Shown piece after piece: positions 57,101 to 64,000 of a stretch of DNA of 64,000 nucleotides (within the stretch, counting starts at the first letter, position 1; each line of letters begins with the position of its first letter). The DNA is from Gonapodya sp. JEL0774 (Eukaryota): positions 1-64,000 of the forward strand of contig JADIIX010000052.1 in assembly GCA_027604505.1 (NCBI GenBank). Direction: 5' to 3'. A program made the position numbers and the translations under genes. The notes under the pieces are model-generated. The model was given only the letters and a program-made list of their open reading frames with translations. It did not search any database and was not told the DNA's origin.

Positions 57101-60100
57101 AACAGATCTGAGACATCCTCACTGAAACATCAACTTGAGGATTTAGTCTACCTCTGGGTGAGCAATTTCAGCACCGCAAACCCGGCTAATTGGTTCTATC
57201 GTGATTTTGCGTTCACCTGGGATGCTGAATGATTTGGTTTAGGACAAGCACGATTACCAAAAAACACTTGCAGAGTACGGTGAACTTGACCCATCCACGA
57301 TAGGTGGATATGCATTCACACATGTATTTGCATAGAGACAGCAACTTACCTGGTTCTTCTCACAGCTTTCCAATTCCTCGACAGGGAACCCTCCGCGGAG
57401 CTTCTGTCAATTGCGTTCAAAAAGCACGTTCGGCCTTTCGCGGAGCGCAAAAATCTAGACTGTGATGATCTCCTACAAGAATATTGCTCCGAGTTGTTGG
57501 AACGCGCGAAGATGCGTGGTACCTTATCTGACGGTGAGAGGCAAAGTTCTCCGGCAAACATCCAACTCAACCTTCATAAAACGAATGATTAGCGCCCTGG
57601 GAGGGAAGGGTTCTTGCTGCAATCAAGCTCATCGGTGGTGTAGAACTCAAAGTCGACATGTTGATTGAGTTCATGTGTTTATCGCCCATTCCGTGGAGTT
57701 CGGGGTTGGATGACTTGATTCGGACTGTGAGTTGGCGGGTTTTTAGTAATCAGGACGGCTACTTATCGTCTTCGACACATTTTGACAGGTTTCCGCTACA
57801 CCTGGCCTTAAACGTGGAGGGGACATGTTGGAACAATACCGACTGATGTATCTGAAGAAGATGTTGCAAAAGTACGGTGTCAAGTCCTTTGACGCATCCA
57901 ACTTAGTACTTGCAAAGCGTAAGCAGTTGATGTGAAGACGCTCACATGGCACTGGTGACACAATCAAAGGTTTTCATTGCCCACAGGTGTTCTCCATCAC
58001 ATTCTTTCCTTCACTGACATTCGAGAGGCAATGGCAGATGCACTACAAGTGGTCGCAGCTTATAATCACCTGGAGCGGCTGGACTCCTACTGCATCAGAG
58101 CAAGGAACTTGTGTGACTCAGGGAATATCGATCATATGGTAGATTTGGTCACTCGGGGTGCAGAGATATCGAGCGAAGAGGTATCCACATCTCGGAGCCC
58201 AAGCATGCTCACCGAAACGGCAAAATTTACACCCGGTGATGCCAAATGGGTTGGAGGACAGGTCGTCAGTTGGATTGTTGGGGAGTTGGAAGATCTTCGC
58301 AGCTCATCGTCAAATGGTTCGTGTCGCAGTTCAAATCGTTCCTCATTTAGTGATATACTCTGAAAGTCGATTAAATGCACAGACAAACTTGTCTCGTACC
58401 AAGCAGATCGTTATCACACCCTGGCTCTCGCAGCTGTCAAACTTCTTGTGAAAATGAACGAACTGGATATGTGCAAGAAACAGGATAATCTCATTGAAGA
58501 TTCATATCAGGAGCAATGCCATCAGATTCTGTCTTCCCTCTTGGGTTTGTCAGCGGAATTCAGTATATATCTTGCACCGGACGATATCGCTAACGAGCAC
58601 ACGAAGGGCGCGATATTGGTGCCTTTTGCAAATAGCATGTTTGATTTTGATTCTAACCTCAAACCATCAGAGACATACGGCAAGGGCAAGACCTCTGGGA
58701 ATCCTCCCCCAGCACCATTAGACAACGTTTCGGGATCCCTGTTCTTGAGGTAATGAAATTGATGCAAAGATAAATCTCGCGGCGAGACGACAGACTAATC
58801 GGGATTTGAATTCAGATTGGGGGAGCTTCTCCACTTTTCTCGGATATTTCTCCAGAAAACGCTGGCGGAGTACGCTGCCCGCAAAGGTTGCATTTCAATG
58901 GCCTTTGGGATCTGTGGCACTTCTGCTGTGCTGGAGAATGACGAAGGGTCTACAGAGGTTCTTCGGTCTGTGGCGCATGCTTTAGTTACCTACGCACATT
59001 CCGATATTGCCAAAGCAACGAGGGTACGTGCTACGTTCTCCTTTCGTCAAAGCACAGTGCTTCGTTTGAGCCTCTTTCCAGCCCAAGCTCAACCTCACAA
59101 GCCGCATTCTGGATCTCGGTCTCCAAACTATCCAAACCTGCCCTAAATCTGCGATTCCAGGTGACTATTATTTTGCTCCCCAACACTTCATTTAAGATCG
59201 TTGAATTGGCTGTACTCAATCACATTGCAGAATCAATCGACGACCTAAAACTGTTTGAAATCCTCCACAATGTATTTTGCCAAACTGATGCCGGTGACTA
59301 CCGAAATTTCATTCACGGCGATCAGGATGAAGGTGATTTGTAACACTGAATTGACTTCTGTCAACGAGTGATACCATCAAGCTTCCACAGGTGACGGTTT
59401 TGAGTTGCAAGAGTTTGGGGGAAGTTCGAGCTCTTCTTCCAGCTCTACCCAACTTGTTCGGGGGACTTCCAAGTCTACACGGGATGAAAGTACACGCAGA
59501 CCTGCCGACACAGCGGAACTCCGTTTCGCTGGGTCCCTATTCGAAGATCAGTTTTCCGAAGATTCTCTGGTCCTAAATGCACATACAGCGATGAACTACT
59601 CCTTGACTTTTGCTTTACAAGCCCTTGGCCACCATGGCTCTGTGCAGGAGACAAACGGAAACGGAAAGAGTGCCGCAACTCAGGATGGCACATATTCGGG
59701 GCTCCAGCTTGTTGCCTTTCTCGCCAACAGCAATTCTCGTGTCCTGGGCATGCGAGTATGGCACTGCCTATTTGACCGTGATTCTCGATTGACCGGTGGT
59801 ATACCTGAAGCTGAAATGTACAGGGAAGAATACGATGCTGTAGCACGCGGATTGCTTCGACGTGTATGATGGTACCCCGTTTTACCTTCTTGAAAAATTT
59901 TGAACAGTCATATCGTCTCTAGGTCCTTACATCCCGAAATATTGATGGGCAACTTGCACTGGCGTACATGCTTTCAACCACTATTGAAACTGGTGAGCAA
60001 GGCTCTCTTACCTCCGCAACTTTCCGGAGAGCTCATTCTGTACTCGCCGTAGCACGAACCGCATTTTTAGTGAGAGAATGCCTGGGTGAGATCCCTGCTT

Positions 60101-63100
60101 TTCAGATTGACCAAATGGTAATCTCTTAGGAAGGGCTTCAAGCAACTGGTAACAATTATGAAAGGCTTCTTCGACTCTCCGCGGTCGGACAAGCCGCTGG
60201 CGCTGCTTGGAAGCAACGATCATTTGTGGTAGATTGTCAGAGCCACGGCACTTCCGCTAGATGGCTGCACCAGTTGCGTCTGCTCGGTGAGCGTTGGTGC
60301 TAAGTCTCCGTTTGCAAATAAAACCAATCGGCCCACTCCCCAGATATCCCGTTGGACACTGATCTCTTCCGTGCATCGAGAAATACCGGCTTTGAGTACC
60401 AGCGGAAGCTAGTGCCTGCCTTACTTGCCCGGACCAACTTCGATGTTCTGACAGCTCTCGAATTCGCTCGCACGTATTATATCGAAGGTGAACTTAACAT
60501 TTGGAAAGTTTCGGTTGATTTGGTTAGGTTCATCGTATCCTTGCTCGAAAAACAGATGACTACGTACTACTGGAACATATCAAGGGAGTTCTCTTGAACT
60601 CACGGTCTTATACGAACGAAGTGGCTGGTACTATCGATGATGTTGCCAACAAGGACATTCTGGTTACGATGTTGATGGGGCCGTGTTTTCAAAGAATATC
60701 CCCCTACGACTACGAAAGTAAGATCTCAAAAGTTGACAACCTGAAGCGCGTTCATCGCTGCACCTTGTCTCTTCGCCATCGCAGGACTCCAATTTCTGTT
60801 TTCTCAAGTTTTACGCATTCAACCACACTCAGAGAAAGCCAAGCAACGAATGGTTGTTGTTGAGACCCTCCTCGGGTACAAGAGAGTCGTCCAACCAACC
60901 CTCCACGAAGTTTCGACAGTGGAAGGTATTATGTCTTTGTCTTTGTTTGATGTTCGAAGTCGAAGTGAATCCAAGTCGCTCGCTCTCCTTCCGATTGGCG
61001 ACTCTCAAGACCTTGCAGACGAAAAGGATCAGACCGAGACGATGGGGTTGGAATATTTCATAAGGGTATGATTTTGCTATTATCTACTGCTGAGTGCAGA
61101 CTTTGGAACGTCCGTCCGACTTGTAGAAATATCCCCTGAGTGTTGAACGTCTGCCGTTCCACCCTCTCCTATTGGATGACTGCTGGCTTTGGATCGAACC
61201 CGAGATAACAGAAGATTCCGTTTCGCTTGTTCTGCCACTGTCTGTACCTCTCAATATACCCCAAGATCGGTTCTATCTATGTCTGATAGATAAACTAGTC
61301 GATGCATCTGTAAGCCTTGACTGTGTGCTTCTTCGCATTGAATCCTCTAACTGGAACGTACAGCAAATTGCACAGTCAGCTGACCATAAACAGACTTTCG
61401 CTGAATCGAATTCACCCCCAGCTATAAAATTCAACGATATTCGCCACCACATTTACCGAATACAAGATTACCACAATGCAATCACGAAGAGCATATACGT
61501 CGGTGGAAAGTTCCCGTGTGGACCAGATCGAATTCAAGCTTACAAGTGTGGAATTATACTTGCTGAAAAATGGGCGCACAGTTTAATGAATCACGTCGTG
61601 AGCTCTTGCTCCACAATAATTCGCTCTCACTGTATTTCTCACAGAGATTTTCCAGCCACATGATAATCAAGCAGTTGACAACGCCAGTACTGCAAGGACG
61701 AACATTATGAAACTTACTGCCGCCACTGGTGTGTTTTCATTCTCATTATGTCGTTGGTCGTGGAATGACGCTGATCCGTCTTGTCTCTCCAGAGATTGAA
61801 TATCAATTGCGTACGCTGAACCTCGAAGCTTTCGTCGAATATGTTGACAGACCGTTAGAACTTGTTGCACATCTTATCAACTACGAAAGTGAACGGGATT
61901 CAAATCGAGGAGGTATTTCATTACGGTAATCTTTCAAAGATCTCGGCTAACTTCTGATCATATCGGCACAGAACCCTTTGATCTCCACGGTCTCATTGTG
62001 GATATCTGCCAAGCAAACGAAATTGACAGGGAAAAGGCACTCAAGGAATTGGCTTTGGTATGGATTGGATGACAAGATCAACCGAAGTTCCTTTACTCAC
62101 ACACGGTTCTCGCTCAGAAATGGCTCTTGAAGGAACTACCTGTCCCAAAGGAGGAGAAAGATTTATATTTGCCATCTATCAGGTTACAGGTACGCGCCAC
62201 GATTAGTTCCAATTGTAGTGTGATTCAGACCGGCTAAAGTTGCTCCTTGATTTTCAAACCAGCCTTCCTTCATTTCCTCACGGAATGCAGAGCACTCTCA
62301 ACGCATTAAAGTTCTCCTTGCATTGCGAGGCTTCGAAGTATCCAAGGCTATAAGCATCCTTCAAAAGATTGCAGTTTCGGTTCGTGGAGCTTTAATCCCT
62401 CCTTCCTGGGACTTGTTATGGAAGTTTCATTAAATTTCAAATGTCACCTCTCGCCTCCGCAGTCGTCTTCCAAAATTTCCAACACGAATCGTGTTCGGGC
62501 ACTCGGTGTGCTCCTGCTGCTACCGGCCGAAGACCATCCACAGATGGCAACGCACGAGGAAATGATGTGAGAGAAAGAACTCGACTCCGTTTTCGTGATG
62601 AATCTTGCAGTTTGAATCGACCGCCTCGCGATCCATTGCAATGAAGTCAATACATGCGCTCATTGCTGTACATTCTCGACTTTGAGGAGTTGAACATCTC
62701 TATGACCCTGAATGAATTTAGAGCCTGCAGCAAAGAAGCTCTTGCGCGATCCCTCTGGGTAAACCATGGTTCTAACGTCAAGGTAAGCGTTACGTCTCGG
62801 ACAGGAGTTCTACGCATTTTCTGACAGATATATTATTTCAACGAACTTGCCGCTTGTGCCTAGGCGGTCGAGTTAATATGTAACCTGTGTATTGACTATC
62901 ATATTCACGACACAGTGCTTTGGGAGAAGCTGCTAGAACGCTTACTGCGCCATAAATTGGTGAGTTTTTTCTGGGCGTTTTGGGGCGCCTGTAGTTGGCT
63001 TATCACGTGACACGATCACAACCACAGCACCGGTACCTCTTGAGCCTATTGCATGTCATTACTAGCATCTCCGGCCTTGCATACATGCGACCCCTCCCCA

Positions 63101-64000
63101 GACTGTGGAACAGCGTTCTTCTGGGCGGACTTGAGTCCTTTGCTCTGAGGCCTGGTTCGCATCAGATCCAACACCTGTTCTCTGACCACTCGGAGATTGC
63201 GTTCACCCATGTTTGCTATTTCAGGTAACCCCCCGGAACTCGACATTCTCCAACGCACAATTCGGCTGGTCCAGTGCTGCCCCTTCCTTCACCAACTCGA
63301 CCGCTCAGCGATCCTTGTTGCTTTTGGTCGGATCGTGCAGAAAGCGACAGGGATGGCAAATGATGAGGACAAGGTTGGAATGATGGTGGTGGCTTTAGAA
63401 GGCTGTGCGACGGTTCCTAAAGGGGACGAGGAGGGGGTGGAGGTGAGTCCCTTGATGGAATGATCGAGTGACTTTAATGAGTCTCACTTTAGCTTCTGAA
63501 GGAGGTGATGGTGCATATTGCGGACGAAGATCTCGTGCAGGTACTGAATCGAGTGTTGGACGAAGAGGCCGATTCGAGTGTCGAGGTAATGTATTGAATC
63601 GGGTAAACTAAAATCACGAAGGTTTTACATTGGAGAAACGTTTTCTATGTTTGTCCGCACTCTCTCCAATGGTTCTCTCCCACCCCCGCGATCCACCTGA
63701 TCAGGGGAACTATCTCAACTTACTCTTCGACACTTTAAATGCTCGACATCACTACGAGTTTCTCTTACGCGCACCGCCCAAGGTTCGCGACGGGTTCTTC
63801 AAGCGGATGGCCGCCGTGGATGGCATGGATGATCTTATGACCGCCGTGATAGCTTCAGGGTGGTGAGTCGATTCTCGATTACGCTACTCGGGACGACTTT
63901 TCCTCTCGTTCAAGAAGTTGTGAACGGGTGCTGATTTTTTGTTTTTGATTTGCCTCAAACGGTGCAAGGCGAAACATTGCCAAAGAGCTTGCGGCCACCT
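54121..64000 (+). CDS. KNTC1: Kinetochore protein Rod/KNTC1 homologue (RZZ complex); many exons, runs off the right edge
   Basis: N-terminal beta-propeller-like exons (FLACADKSGALHFIH; IRRFSNIDF), IAALVQNCRFEEARDIASKFGFDEKEV, WLAHRARIVEE..P..ALE. C-terminal NRVRALGVLL and YILDFEELNISMTLNEFRACSKEALARSLWVNHGSNVK|AVELICNLCIDYHIHDTVLWEKLLERL closely match the Rod_C region of KNTC1 as I recall it. Confidence 0.85.
54842..55080 (+). repeat. Tandem array of 84-bp hairpin-forming units (about 2.85 copies) inside a 365-bp KNTC1 intron (54814-55178)
   Basis: Units start at 54842, 54926 and 55010. Each contains TCCCAGTG..GTTCTTTC-TTTT-GAAAGAAC..CACTGGGA (8+8-bp inverted repeat in unit 1, with 1-2 substitutions in later units). 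Confidence 0.92.

Overview
Intron-rich eukaryotic DNA (short GT-AG introns throughout), most likely from an early-diverging, zoosporic-type fungus. That assignment is inferred from gene content (Rod/KNTC1, USP37-like protease, TKL kinases, GH45), not proven. Host genes in order: two tandem TKL-type kinases (one fused to a VIT domain, one with Sel1-like helices and a CaaX box), two hypothetical genes, beta-tubulin 1, a UIM-containing ubiquitin protease, a carotenoid-oxygenase homologue lacking 3 of 4 iron ligands, beta-tubulin 2, malate dehydrogenase, NUDCD1, beta-tubulin 3, G-protein beta, Nudix CoA pyrophosphatase, 2-hydroxyacid dehydrogenase, a GH45 endoglucanase with three copies of an unrecognised 38-aa module, RAD54B/Rdh54 and KNTC1/Rod (runs off the end). 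The standout is a CpG-depleted block at about 9.25-17.7 kb. It holds a decayed IS630/Tc1-mariner-type transposase followed on the same (minus) strand by a decayed, spliceosomal-intron-containing Fanzor (eukaryotic TnpB/Cas12-like RNA-guided nuclease). Downstream of the Fanzor lies a strongly structured omegaRNA-like segment ending at a TG|TA putative transposon end. Other highlights are patchwork gene conversion between the beta-tubulin paralogues and an 84-bp hairpin tandem array inside a KNTC1 intron. Exon boundaries were read by eye, and gene extents include introns.
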